A stretch of DNA of 23,564 bases from Limisphaerales bacterium (GCA_965657355.1 CBFHOE010000001.1:79144-102707), one strand, 5' to 3'; counted from the stretch's first letter, positions 8,820 to 17,900 are shown. Made by a program: numbers and translations. The notes: generated by a model from the letters alone, not told the origin.

Positions 8820-9644
8820 ATGAAATTTTTTGTCGTAATAATTATTATTGTTGCTGCATTCATTTTCCTGACAGCAATCAATCCAACTAAATTATATTTT
8901 CGTGAGGAAGGCGACAAAGTAGCCACTCAACCCTCAGACACAGATAGTCATAAATTTTCATTTGAACCTGATCTCATCGATGGTGTTCTCGTTGAGAGGG
9001 GGCGTAATGCATATCAAGCCTATGGCTGCTGGCGTTGTCACTCGTTAGGAGAGGATGAGGAACCGGGCTTTGGAGATGAATTTAATCAAGGGCCCGACTT
9101 GGAATATGTCGGAAGCAGATTAACCAAGGATCAGATATTAGAATCTATAATATCTCCTAATTCATCGATACCCGAACCAAAAGATCGCTACTCTGTGGCG
9201 GGTGTATCAAAAATGCCATCATTCAATGATCCTCAAGCTCTTAAAGATATCAATGACATTGCCTACTTTCTGTCTCATTCAAAAATTAAGCATGAGGAAC
9301 CCTCGGCTGATTCATTTATTCAGTTAAATGATCAGTCTTATGTGGAAGTTTTTCAAAATTCGGATGAAATATTTTTGTTATATTTTTGGGCGGAATGGTG
9401 TTTTGCCTGCCATGAAATTGAGCCAGTTTTGCGAAATCTGGCTCATCAATTTAATGGGAAATTGAAAATGTGTAAGATCTCTATCGATGATAACCCAATA
9501 CTTGTTCAGAATTATGTGCCCGACTTAATGTTTCCTTGCCTTGTCTTGGTCAAACGAGGAAATGTCATAAGTCGCATCTACGGCGCTCAAGGTCAAGGTG
9601 ACATTGAACTTTATTTTAAGAATTGGATCGAGTCGTATCTATAA
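8820..9644 (+). CDS. Membrane-anchored cytochrome c - thioredoxin fusion
   Basis: N-terminal TM helix; CWRCH (9027-9041) with GPDL..VGSRL...ILESIISP...SKMP (class I cytochrome c, distal Met); C-terminal YFWAEWCFACH (9381-9413), KISIDDNP and a cis-Pro-like MFPC. Confidence 0.85.
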   Translation: MKFFVVIIIIVAAFIFLTAINPTKLYFREEGDKVATQPSDTDSHKFSFEPDLIDGVLVERGRNAYQAYGCWRCHSLGEDEEPGFGDEFNQGPDLEYVGSRLTKDQILESIISPNSSIPEPKDRYSVAGVSKMPSFNDPQALKDINDIAYFLSHSKIKHEEPSADSFIQLNDQSYVEVFQNSDEIFLLYFWAEWCFACHEIEPVLRNLAHQFNGKLKMCKISIDDNPILVQNYVPDLMFPCLVLVKRGNVISRIYGAQGQGDIELYFKNWIESYL

Positions 9645-9655
9645 ATTCTACTCAT

Positions 9656-10153
9656 TTAACCCGCTTTGGCTGGATTGAATTTTGGCTGTGCCTTCCATAT
9701 TCTATACTGAACACCAGCCTCGTCTGGAACATATATTACAATAGGAAGACGGCTATTGTAATTTATCGTAGTTGATGGCCCACTTATAAATTTTTTTACT
9801 TTTGGGGTTCCCGGGGGCACTCCTATTTTGGTCGAAAAAGCAGGGCCTAATTTTTTGATTTCATAATATGTGACCCCCCAACCTTTGAGAGGTTTAGCTT
9901 CAATTTTTCCACCGATATTTACCCTGTTGATTCCATCTGTTTCCATAATTTTACCAATGGCGATTTCAACTCTATAATTGCTTTCCTCTGCTTGTGCTTT
10001 TTCTGGAAGAATAATCACGAATCTTTTCATTCCCGCCGATGCTTTTGGAAATGCCTTGAGGTATTTATGCTCTGCTTGTGCCGATGTGGAAAGAAACCCA
10101 AATACAATAATTAATATAAATGCCCGAAGTAATTTAGTTTGTTTATTCATCAT
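9656..10153 (-). CDS. eco: Ecotin (serine protease inhibitor family I11)
   Basis: Signal peptide ending SAQA; AFPKA..GMKRFVIILP, RVEIAIGK, KGWGVTYY, ST....P and YNSRLPIVIYVP....VQYRIW. Start is ATG 10153 or 10150 (the track uses TTG 10162). Confidence 0.93.
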   Translation of the reverse strand: MMNKQTKLLRAFILIIVFGFLSTSAQAEHKYLKAFPKASAGMKRFVIILPEKAQAEESNYRVEIAIGKIMETDGINRVNIGGKIEAKPLKGWGVTYYEIKKLGPAFSTKIGVPPGTPKVKKFISGPSTTINYNSRLPIVIYVPDEAGVQYRIWKAQPKFNPAKAG

Positions 10154-10337
10154 GATTTTCAAAATATTTTCCAGATTTAGTGATTAAAAAATCCAATACT
10201 TGGTAATTATAATGACGTATTAGTGGTCTTTTTATTAGAACTTTTTTCTCTTGGTTTTTGATTTATCCTTAAGGTTAAATATCCCATTCTTTCCTATTGC
10301 CTATGTTGAGTATCTGAATGAAAATTATGACCACTTC

Positions 10338-12401
10338 ATGAAAATAGCTTATATTTTTATACCCAACTTTTTCAAAATTGCCGTCCTTTCCGTACTCTTT
10401 GGTGTCATTAGTTCCGGCGCTATCATGGGAGCTACCATAAAAGCCGCGACTTCAAAGGTGGACATCAGTCCACGGACTTTACCAGCCATTCGCAACGGAG
10501 GTTTCTTGCAAGCTGTTGCTCAACGTATTGATGATACACTTTATTCAAGATGTGTCGTAATCTCAAATGGAACCGAAAAAATAGCCATCGTCGTTGTCGA
10601 TTCGTGTATGGTTCCTACAGCACTTTGTGATTCCATTAAGACTCAAATTTCAGAGAGAACAGAAATACCTCACGATAGAATCCTTATCAGTGCGACTCAT
10701 ACTCACTCTGCACCCTCAGTTATGTCCTTTTGTCTTGGCACTAGTCGAGATGAGGCTTACACAAAAGTCTTTACCAACCGCGTCATAGAAGGAGTTATAG
10801 AAGCATCCTCAAATCTCGTTCCCGTTGATGTTGGGTGGGGGAAAATTGATGCACCTGGCTACACAAATAACAGAAGGTGGATTACCAGGAGAGATAAAAT
10901 GTTGGTTGATCCATTCGGAGATTTATCAGTCCGTGCCATGATGCATCCGGGTTACTTGAATCCTGATTATGTTTCCGAATCCGGCCCAACGGATAAAGAA
11001 CTGACTTTGTTCGCTTTAAAAGATAAAAAATCAGGAAAATTACTCTGTGTCTTTGGTAATTATTCAATGCATTATTTTAGCGGAAATCCGGGTTTTTCCG
11101 CAGATTATTTTGGGGAAGTCGCTCAAATCGTTGAGGAGAAAATCATAAAGGAAGGGACAGGAATAGAATCCGATTTTCTTGCCATCCTTTCCCAGGGTAC
11201 GAGCGGAGATCTTTACTGGGTTGATTATAGTAAACCAAAAATATCTCAATCCAGAACCGAATATTCCATGGGGTTATCAAAGAAGATTTTTGGTCTATTA
11301 AATACTTTGAAATACCACTCAGATATTCCTTTCGGGATGACTGAGCGAAGGATCAGGATAAGTCGTCGGCTACCAGATAAAAAACGTCTCGATTGGGCAA
11401 AAAAATTGAATCAATTAAGAGGTGATATAACTCCAAGAAATCGGCCTGAAGTGTACGCTCAGGCCTCACAGTGGATAAATAATAACCCAGAATCAGAGGT
11501 TGTTCTTCAAACGATCCGGATGGGTGACTTTATTATGACGGCTATGCCAAACGAGGTTTATGCCATTACGGGGTTAAAGCTCAAAAAACAAAGTCCAGCA
11601 AAAGTCACCATGAACGTCGAATTGTCTAATGGGGCTGAGGGATATATACCTCCGCCCGAGCAACACCTATTAGGTGGTTACACAACATGGCCAGCGCGAA
11701 CGGCTGCCTTAAAGGAATCAGCCGAGCCTGTGATTGTTGAAAATCTTTTAGAAATGATTGAAAAATTAACTGGGCAAAAAAGAAAATCAAATATTCTTAA
11801 AACATCAAAATTCAGATCCACCATTCTTTCTAAAAAACCAATCGCCTACTGGCCATTAGATGATCTTTCTGTGACCGAGACAATGGATTTGACGGAGAAT
11901 CATACCTCAAAATATCAAGGTTCAGTGGCCTTACATCTTAACGGAATAAAAAGGAATGGTTTGGACGATAGTAATAAATGTGTCTATTTTGCTGGTGGCT
12001 CCTTTGTTTCAGAACTAAAAAATCCCCTTGAGGAATTTTCTATTTCTTTATTTTTTTGGTCTGCCAATGCTCCCATTCCCAAAGGGCACGAAGATACCCT
12101 GGTTGAATTAATCTCTAATGACATATCTACAAAAATTATTTTGGAGCCTGGTGATGGTTTGCTTTCATCTTTGAAGGTCAAATCGGATAGGACTAGCCGA
12201 TCCGGTATCTACAAATCCTCAGCGAGAAATTGGCACAACCTTACCATTGAATATGGTGGGGATCATATACAAATCTATATTAATGGTGAATTGGATATCG
12301 ACTCAAGGCTTGCTAAAGGCTCTAAACCAATCACCCATATTTTGTTCGGTGCGTTTGACGGAAAGCTGGATGAAATTGTTGTCTACCCAAAGTCCAAATA
12401 A
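10338..12401 (+). CDS. Exported neutral/alkaline ceramidase-like metalloamidohydrolase with a C-terminal LamG/ConA-like domain
   Basis: ISATHTHSAP, NYSMHY, SADYFG, QGTSGD, PNEVY and NGAEGYIPP...GGY motifs. C-terminal PIAYWPLDD...WHNLTI...IYING...DGKLDEIVVY. ATG 10338 precedes a signal-like hydrophobic stretch (the track starts at TTG 10251). Confidence 0.82.
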   Translation: MKIAYIFIPNFFKIAVLSVLFGVISSGAIMGATIKAATSKVDISPRTLPAIRNGGFLQAVAQRIDDTLYSRCVVISNGTEKIAIVVVDSCMVPTALCDSIKTQISERTEIPHDRILISATHTHSAPSVMSFCLGTSRDEAYTKVFTNRVIEGVIEASSNLVPVDVGWGKIDAPGYTNNRRWITRRDKMLVDPFGDLSVRAMMHPGYLNPDYVSESGPTDKELTLFALKDKKSGKLLCVFGNYSMHYFSGNPGFSADYFGEVAQIVEEKIIKEGTGIESDFLAILSQGTSGDLYWVDYSKPKISQSRTEYSMGLSKKIFGLLNTLKYHSDIPFGMTERRIRISRRLPDKKRLDWAKKLNQLRGDITPRNRPEVYAQASQWINNNPESEVVLQTIRMGDFIMTAMPNEVYAITGLKLKKQSPAKVTMNVELSNGAEGYIPPPEQHLLGGYTTWPARTAALKESAEPVIVENLLEMIEKLTGQKRKSNILKTSKFRSTILSKKPIAYWPLDDLSVTETMDLTENHTSKYQGSVALHLNGIKRNGLDDSNKCVYFAGGSFVSELKNPLEEFSISLFFWSANAPIPKGHEDTLVELISNDISTKIILEPGDGLLSSLKVKSDRTSRSGIYKSSARNWHNLTIEYGGDHIQIYINGELDIDSRLAKGSKPITHILFGAFDGKLDEIVVYPKSK

Positions 12402-12575
12402 TAAACTCTTCATCTTAGGCAAATATCAAACTGCTACGCTGATAAGTTATGCCAAGTTTACACGGGTAAGATGAGATGACGCTAAAAAATCTGGGTAACT
12501 TTTTGGAGATATCTTAGCGAAAATCGCAGGCGCATCTTGGTTGGTATTTCTCGATGCCAGTCCTCGAATAATTTT

Positions 12576-13337
12576 TCAGACATTTCTCTCTTGCATCAAA
12601 GAGAAAAATTCCGGATCCATTTTTTTTAGCACAAGGTCCAGCAAAATTTTAAATCTGTCATCGGTATTATCTAATGACCTCCTTACCCAAAAGCTACTGC
12701 AGGATATGACCTCATAGAAATTGTGGGTTTTCAATACCTCGGTAAATGGTCGAAATTTTTCTTGAAGAAAAAAACTGGCGTTTTCTGTCTTTTTTCCCGA
12801 TTTAATCTGTTCCAATAGTTTGCTGTATTTTTGGCCTGCGTCATCTTGAAGTGATACGAGCACTCGCGTCATGTAAAATACCCTCAGCAGTTTTTTGAAA
12901 TTTTTGTCATAGCAATCTTGAAACAAACTTACATGGATCTCATTGGCTAGCTCCTTCTCTAAAATTGACTTTAGTTTATCCAAAAACTTTGGGTTGTAGT
13001 GACCGAAATGAGAAGGATGATTAAAATTGACTTCTCCATTTCTATGAGGGCCTTTTAGAAAGACTTTTTCTTTAGTCAACTTTTCGAAGAATGTAATTTG
13101 AAAGACTTTTTTAAAGCTTTGGTATTTTCCTCTGATTCCGAGTTCAGGGAGGTAGGTGCTGTGCGTGTGGTAAGGTAATTGAGCGCCTTGAGAAACAAAT
13201 AATTTCCAGTTTTGACTCGCAAGGCGGATGCGCTTTGATAAACCAGTGATAGCATTTATCGAATCATCGGATACCGATGAAAAGCTGATTAATGCAATGG
13301 CAGCTGTAACCATGTGTAATTTTGCTAAAGACCTCAT
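12576..13337 (-). CDS. Hypothetical exported protein
   Basis: 253-aa ORF with a signal-like N-terminus; motif-like blocks FLKGPH, FGHYNPKFL and FWVRR; function not recognised. Confidence 0.75.
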   Translation of the reverse strand: MRSLAKLHMVTAAIALISFSSVSDDSINAITGLSKRIRLASQNWKLFVSQGAQLPYHTHSTYLPELGIRGKYQSFKKVFQITFFEKLTKEKVFLKGPHRNGEVNFNHPSHFGHYNPKFLDKLKSILEKELANEIHVSLFQDCYDKNFKKLLRVFYMTRVLVSLQDDAGQKYSKLLEQIKSGKKTENASFFLQEKFRPFTEVLKTHNFYEVISCSSFWVRRSLDNTDDRFKILLDLVLKKMDPEFFSLMQERNV

Positions 13338-13476
13338 ATTTTAAAGGGCTTAAGGGACATCTCCACCAAAATTAGAAAAGACGCTCAACGAAAAATTAAG
13401 CAATTAATGAATGATTTGCATCAAAGCAATAGGTAAGGTTAATGAAAAGGCGGTTCGCGCTTTCACTTTTTGAATT

Positions 13477-13863
13477 TTAGAGAATTTGGTTTGGAAAATA
13501 ATTCCAAAAGACGATGAAGCTTACCAACCCAAAAAAGGCTGATGGTAACACTTTATATATAGGGTCTCTCACTTTGAAATGCATGACCATCGCTCCAATC
13601 ATCATGATGGATAGACTTGATCCTGAGATTAAAGCACATTCCGGCCACCAAATCCCCAAAACCATCATTCCTCCTGCTGCTAGTTTTAACACGCGTATGA
13701 GATTCCTAAACCAATCGGGCAGCCCATAGACACGAAATTCCTCTGCCATGGTTTTTGCGTCGCCGCCGCGAGAAAATCCCGGACTATTATATCTGATGAG
13801 CCAAACGTCTAACATGGCAAAAGCTACCAGTAACTGCAAGGAAACGACCAACCAATCAATCAT
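13477..13863 (-). CDS. DoxX-like family membrane protein
   Basis: VWLIR....RGGDAKTMAEEFRVYGLP...LKL...GAMVMHFKVRDP..K.LP; about 4 TM segments; ATG at 13863 (the track starts at 13899). Confidence 0.85.
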   Translation of the reverse strand: MIDWLVVSLQLLVAFAMLDVWLIRYNSPGFSRGGDAKTMAEEFRVYGLPDWFRNLIRVLKLAAGGMMVLGIWWPECALISGSSLSIMMIGAMVMHFKVRDPIYKVLPSAFFGLVSFIVFWNYFPNQIL

Positions 13864-14040
13864 AGACAAAAACCTAACAAAATCTTTATCAGCCACCAAG
13901 CTGAAAGGTTAGCTATCATTTTGTGATACCTATTGGCTAGATAGGGAATGTTAAGAAAGAGATGTGATCTCACCCAGACCGAGGTTTTGACCGATTAACG
14001 GCAAGCGCTTTAACTAAAACTCAAAATCTTGCTGTTTATT

Positions 14041-14060
14041 ATTTGTATATGTATACAAAT
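14041..14060. promoter_or_regulatory. Palindrome ATTTGTATA-TG-TATACAAAT, putative GntR-family-type operator
   Basis: Perfect 9-bp arms with a 2-nt spacer in the divergent doxX / monooxygenase gap. GT..AC-centred AT-rich palindromes are typical of GntR operators. Confidence 0.4.
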
Positions 14061-14134
14061 TTTACCTAATCCTAAATTATTATAAGATGAAATTGCACGT
14101 TATACCGAAGCGTGCTGGGATCGTATCCCGCAAT

Positions 14135-14169
14135 AAGAGCACTCTTGGTAGAGTGCTCTTCAATTTTTT
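14135..14169 (+). terminator. Perfect 11-bp hairpin, terminator-like
   Basis: AAGAGCACTCT-TGGT-AGAGTGCTCTT followed by CAATTTTTT; no intact gene ends here. Confidence 0.5.
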
Positions 14170-14457
14170 CGATTGAGGCCATTCATAAAAATTTGGAACA
14201 AAATTATTTGGAAATTCTGAGGAAAGACTAGTGAGTTCATATTCTTCCGTGGCAATCTCAGTGATTTAAATTTTCATTGTTTAGAAAAGTTGACTCATCC
14301 GCGCTTCAACAAATTACTTCAGCTGAAGTCTTTTGGATTGGAGGAAATCCAAATAGAAATAATAAAGTCTGTAACAAATTCCACCAAAATCATGTTATAT
14401 TGATCCGAATCTCGCTTTTCTTTTCAGAATGTGGGATAACAGTATTTCTTTAATAAA

Positions 14458-16392
14458 ATGATCAACAACTCAATCAAACTAAGTTTAGTTTTCACTGCTT
14501 GTCTTTTGTGTATGTGCACAATTCTGGGGCAGGGGGATGTCAATCTCCTCAATGTGAATAATGAAAGTGTAGAAGTTGAATTGATTCCTAGTATGGATGG
14601 AGAATTCTCCTTGGAGACGACAGCAGAACTGTCAGAGTCCACAATATGGAAAAGCATTATGTCTTTTAGAGGTAAAGCAAGCACTCCAAAAAACTTCATA
14701 GATCCATTTTGTGAATCCAAGCAAGCCAAGTTTTTCCGCTTAAAACAGAAATTAAGTGAACCCACTCCAGAAGTTAGCAATTTTAGGCTTTTAACATTGG
14801 ATGATGATGCCGAGGAGCTTTACTACAACTGGAACAAGAAAGGGATTGTGCTCTTCTTCACTGGTCAAGATGTAGAAAACGCACTTGATGCTAAGGAGCA
14901 TCTATTGAGCCTTCAATCTGAATTCAGTTCCGATAATATCCTTATATGGGTAATTTCTCTCTCCGGTAAAGAGGACCGTGAACAGCTACATGAGAAAGTC
15001 GGTCAAAATCTCGGAAGTATCCCGGTCCTTCAGGATTGGACTCACTCCGTGACTCGTTCACTTTGCAGGGGCTCCACGCCAGAAGCTGTCCTTATCGACA
15101 CTAGTTCTTGGCGCATAAAATACCAGGGCCCGATGACTATGGACGTTCATAAGGGAGACGTGAGTATTTCACTAACCCCTCTTAAAAATGCGATTTCCAA
15201 CCTAGTGAGCGATGAGTTACCGGAAATATCTTTTATACGGACTGCGGAAACAGACTCCGGAATTAATCCTGTCGCAAAGGCGGATTATGCTCAAGATATC
15301 GCCCCGCTTCTCATTAAAAATTGCTTCCCATGCCACACAGAGGGAGATATTGCACCGTGGGCGATGTCTGATCACGGTGTTATCAAAGAATTTTCTTCTT
15401 TGATAAAATCTTCTGTTCTAGCGGGGGAAATGCCGCCATGGCATGCCGACCCAAAGTATAGCGCTTTCTCAAACTCGAAATCTATGTCCGAGGAGGAAAT
15501 TTCAATGTTGGTCGATTGGATAGACAGAGGATCTCCAAACAGTGGTTCCAATGATCCATTAAAAACATACATGAAACCCAATGACGATGCATGGCCTATG
15601 GGGAAACCAGATGTCATAATTTCAATTCCAAGACAAAATATTCCTGCCACCGGCAGTGTTGATTATCGTTATCTTGAGAAAAATAACCCATTTGGAAGAG
15701 ATGTCTGGCTTAAAGGCGTTGCGGTGAAGCCGGGTAATCGAGAGGTTGTTCACCATTGCTTGGTATTTAAAGGAACATATTGGGAGATCTTTCTCCAATC
15801 ACTCGGAGGGTTAGGTGGGTTTTTCGCCGGATACGTGCCGGGTATGGAGCAGGAATTCTTTCCGGAAGGAACTGGAAAATTGTTAAAGAAAAACGACATT
15901 ATTCAATTTCAAATGCACTACACCACCAGTGGTAAGTCTGCTAGTGATGTGACACAACTGGGACTCTATTTGGCCGATGAAAAGCCCGAGAAGGAGCTCG
16001 TAACCTCTTCAGCTTTTTCTATCAACTTCAGAATTCCCCCGAATAAAAGTAAAGTGCCAGTGAGAGCAACAACGACATTCAGAAAACCAACCACATTGTA
16101 TGAATTCAGCCCGCACATGCATTACCGTGGAAGTTCAGCAAAATATACCCTCAAGTATCCCGATGGGGTACAAAAAACTATACTAAACGTTCCTGCGTAT
16201 TTTTTCGATTGGCAGGCACTTTATCGACTGGAAAAACCAATTTCAGTCCCTGCCGGAACGCAGCTAAGGATAGAAGGCACCTTTGATAATACTGAACAAA
16301 ATAGATTCAATCCCGATCCCAATGCTACCGTCACATTCGGTGAGCAATCCTGGGAAGAAATGTTTATTGGATACATCAATTATACTCAGTAA
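14458..16392 (+). CDS. Exported multidomain protein: redoxin-like domain + c-type heme + type II copper (PHM/DBH-like) monooxygenase
   Basis: Signal peptide; redoxin-like FRL...GIVLFF...PVLQD...TPEAVLID...YQG; CFPCH (15322-15336) with GEMPPW; Cu ligands VVHH (15751), MHY (15913), PHMH (16111-16122) and EEM (16354-16362). Confidence 0.87.
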   Translation: MINNSIKLSLVFTACLLCMCTILGQGDVNLLNVNNESVEVELIPSMDGEFSLETTAELSESTIWKSIMSFRGKASTPKNFIDPFCESKQAKFFRLKQKLSEPTPEVSNFRLLTLDDDAEELYYNWNKKGIVLFFTGQDVENALDAKEHLLSLQSEFSSDNILIWVISLSGKEDREQLHEKVGQNLGSIPVLQDWTHSVTRSLCRGSTPEAVLIDTSSWRIKYQGPMTMDVHKGDVSISLTPLKNAISNLVSDELPEISFIRTAETDSGINPVAKADYAQDIAPLLIKNCFPCHTEGDIAPWAMSDHGVIKEFSSLIKSSVLAGEMPPWHADPKYSAFSNSKSMSEEEISMLVDWIDRGSPNSGSNDPLKTYMKPNDDAWPMGKPDVIISIPRQNIPATGSVDYRYLEKNNPFGRDVWLKGVAVKPGNREVVHHCLVFKGTYWEIFLQSLGGLGGFFAGYVPGMEQEFFPEGTGKLLKKNDIIQFQMHYTTSGKSASDVTQLGLYLADEKPEKELVTSSAFSINFRIPPNKSKVPVRATTTFRKPTTLYEFSPHMHYRGSSAKYTLKYPDGVQKTILNVPAYFFDWQALYRLEKPISVPAGTQLRIEGTFDNTEQNRFNPDPNATVTFGEQSWEEMFIGYINYTQ

Positions 16393-16396
16393 AGCC

Positions 16397-17443
16397 TCAA
16401 TCCACCACGGAATCCCATTCCAATAAAATATGACAGAATAAGTCGATATGGTTGATAAGGTCTTGTAGTTTCACTTTCTCATTGCTGTGGAGGCCTCTAA
16501 CCGGGCTCCTAAAATGTAATCCGGCTTTTGCCTTTTCCGGGAATGCCGCGAAATCCCCCATCCCTAGCCCCAAACGAGTTAATGCCAATTTTTGGCTGGT
16601 CCGACGGCAATAGTCTCGGGTGATCTCCAGAGTCTTTCTGTAGGGCTTTCTCTCTCTGTCGCTGTCCGCCAAAACAGCTACAATGGAATATTCTGGATAT
16701 TTTACGCGGAAATCCAGAGGCCCATCCATTGTGATATTCCATTCTAGATTATCAAAAATATCCGTGTGATATTTTGCTAAATATTTTGCCCCAATGAGTC
16801 CTCTTTCTTCATCTGCCGTGAATAATAAAATAATTTTTCTGTGTTTAACTCCTTTTGACCAATAATTTTTTTGGAGGATTTGAATACATTCGGTTAAGCA
16901 CGCCACACCAGTTCTGTCATCCCCGCCGAAAGATGAAACCCTTTCTTTGTCTTTATCGTACAAATGGTAAAACTCTGAATCCTTTTTATTGAATCTAAGA
17001 TTTGCTGGTGAGGACTCCGCGATAGTGTCCATGTGGGCATTGAGCATTAAACCTGGCTTACTCTCCATCCCGGGTGAGGCTGGAATAACCATAAGGAGAT
17101 TTTCGGGAGCTTGTATTGTTTTTTTGTTAAGGACCTGTTCTCTCGCTCCGCATTTTTCCATCAAAGCTTTGATAGCGAGACGAATATTTTTTTCCTGACC
17201 GCTCGCGCCGGGAATACGAACCAAATTGATAAATGAATTAATGGCCTTAATACGTTCGTTGGAATTGAGATAAACACTTTTCAAATCCTCGCATGCAACA
17301 TTTATTGCACCCGGGGATATCTGGGCTCGCGATTGGGGCACACCCCAAAAAAGGGTTAAAATCAAAAAATAAAAAACCGATTGATTTTGATTGGAAAAAA
17401 ATGGACCACCATCTTTTCTTCTATACTTAATATGAGCATGCAT
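16397..17443 (-). CDS. M20/M28-clan metallopeptidase (peptidase T-like), probably exported
   Basis: NAHMDT, GGDDRTG, FTADEERGLIGA, MDG and GLHSNE metal-ligand motifs; hydrophobic segment ending SRA-Q; start uncertain. Convergent with the preceding gene, 4-nt gap. Confidence 0.85.
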   Translation of the reverse strand: MHAHIKYRRKDGGPFFSNQNQSVFYFLILTLFWGVPQSRAQISPGAINVACEDLKSVYLNSNERIKAINSFINLVRIPGASGQEKNIRLAIKALMEKCGAREQVLNKKTIQAPENLLMVIPASPGMESKPGLMLNAHMDTIAESSPANLRFNKKDSEFYHLYDKDKERVSSFGGDDRTGVACLTECIQILQKNYWSKGVKHRKIILLFTADEERGLIGAKYLAKYHTDIFDNLEWNITMDGPLDFRVKYPEYSIVAVLADSDRERKPYRKTLEITRDYCRRTSQKLALTRLGLGMGDFAAFPEKAKAGLHFRSPVRGLHSNEKVKLQDLINHIDLFCHILLEWDSVVD

Positions 17444-17900
17444 TTGATAATTTTGCTGTAAAATTTTATTCAGTGGAACTGTGTTTCGTAATTTTCATTA
17501 GCCATAAATTAAATCAGTAGGAAAGTTTGCTGCTTGATACAATATAACATTGCCTATGTGGGTGATATGATTATCGAATGTCATGTAAAGAATTTTGTTG
17601 GTATCGGGTACTTTGGAGATCTTTGAATGGCATCGAAAAAAATCGAGCTCAGAATTGTTCCATGAGTAGAAATCAACCAGATGCATCTCTAACAGGATGA
17701 GAAGTCATTATTTTTAGTTGAGTCTTATTGCGCTGTTGTCGCTATTTCTAAAAAAAATGCTAATACATCACAGTGTTTTAAAGTGTTCGCGTTGACGACA
17801 AGCTTCAACTCTTGCTGCTACCATGTTACAATTCCACAGTAACCTATATAATACAAAAAAATTTATCAGACCTACACCCCAAAAGGGGGTAAATGATATT

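Noticed and set aside
17498..17686. 62-aa minus ORF in the peptidase-lipoprotein gap
   Set aside because: No motif or convincing RBS; cannot be supported without a homology search.
17876..17890. ACCCC-AAAAG-GGGGT hairpin after the lipoprotein stop
   Set aside because: Only a 5-bp stem with no adjacent U-tract on the minus strand; too weak to call a terminator.
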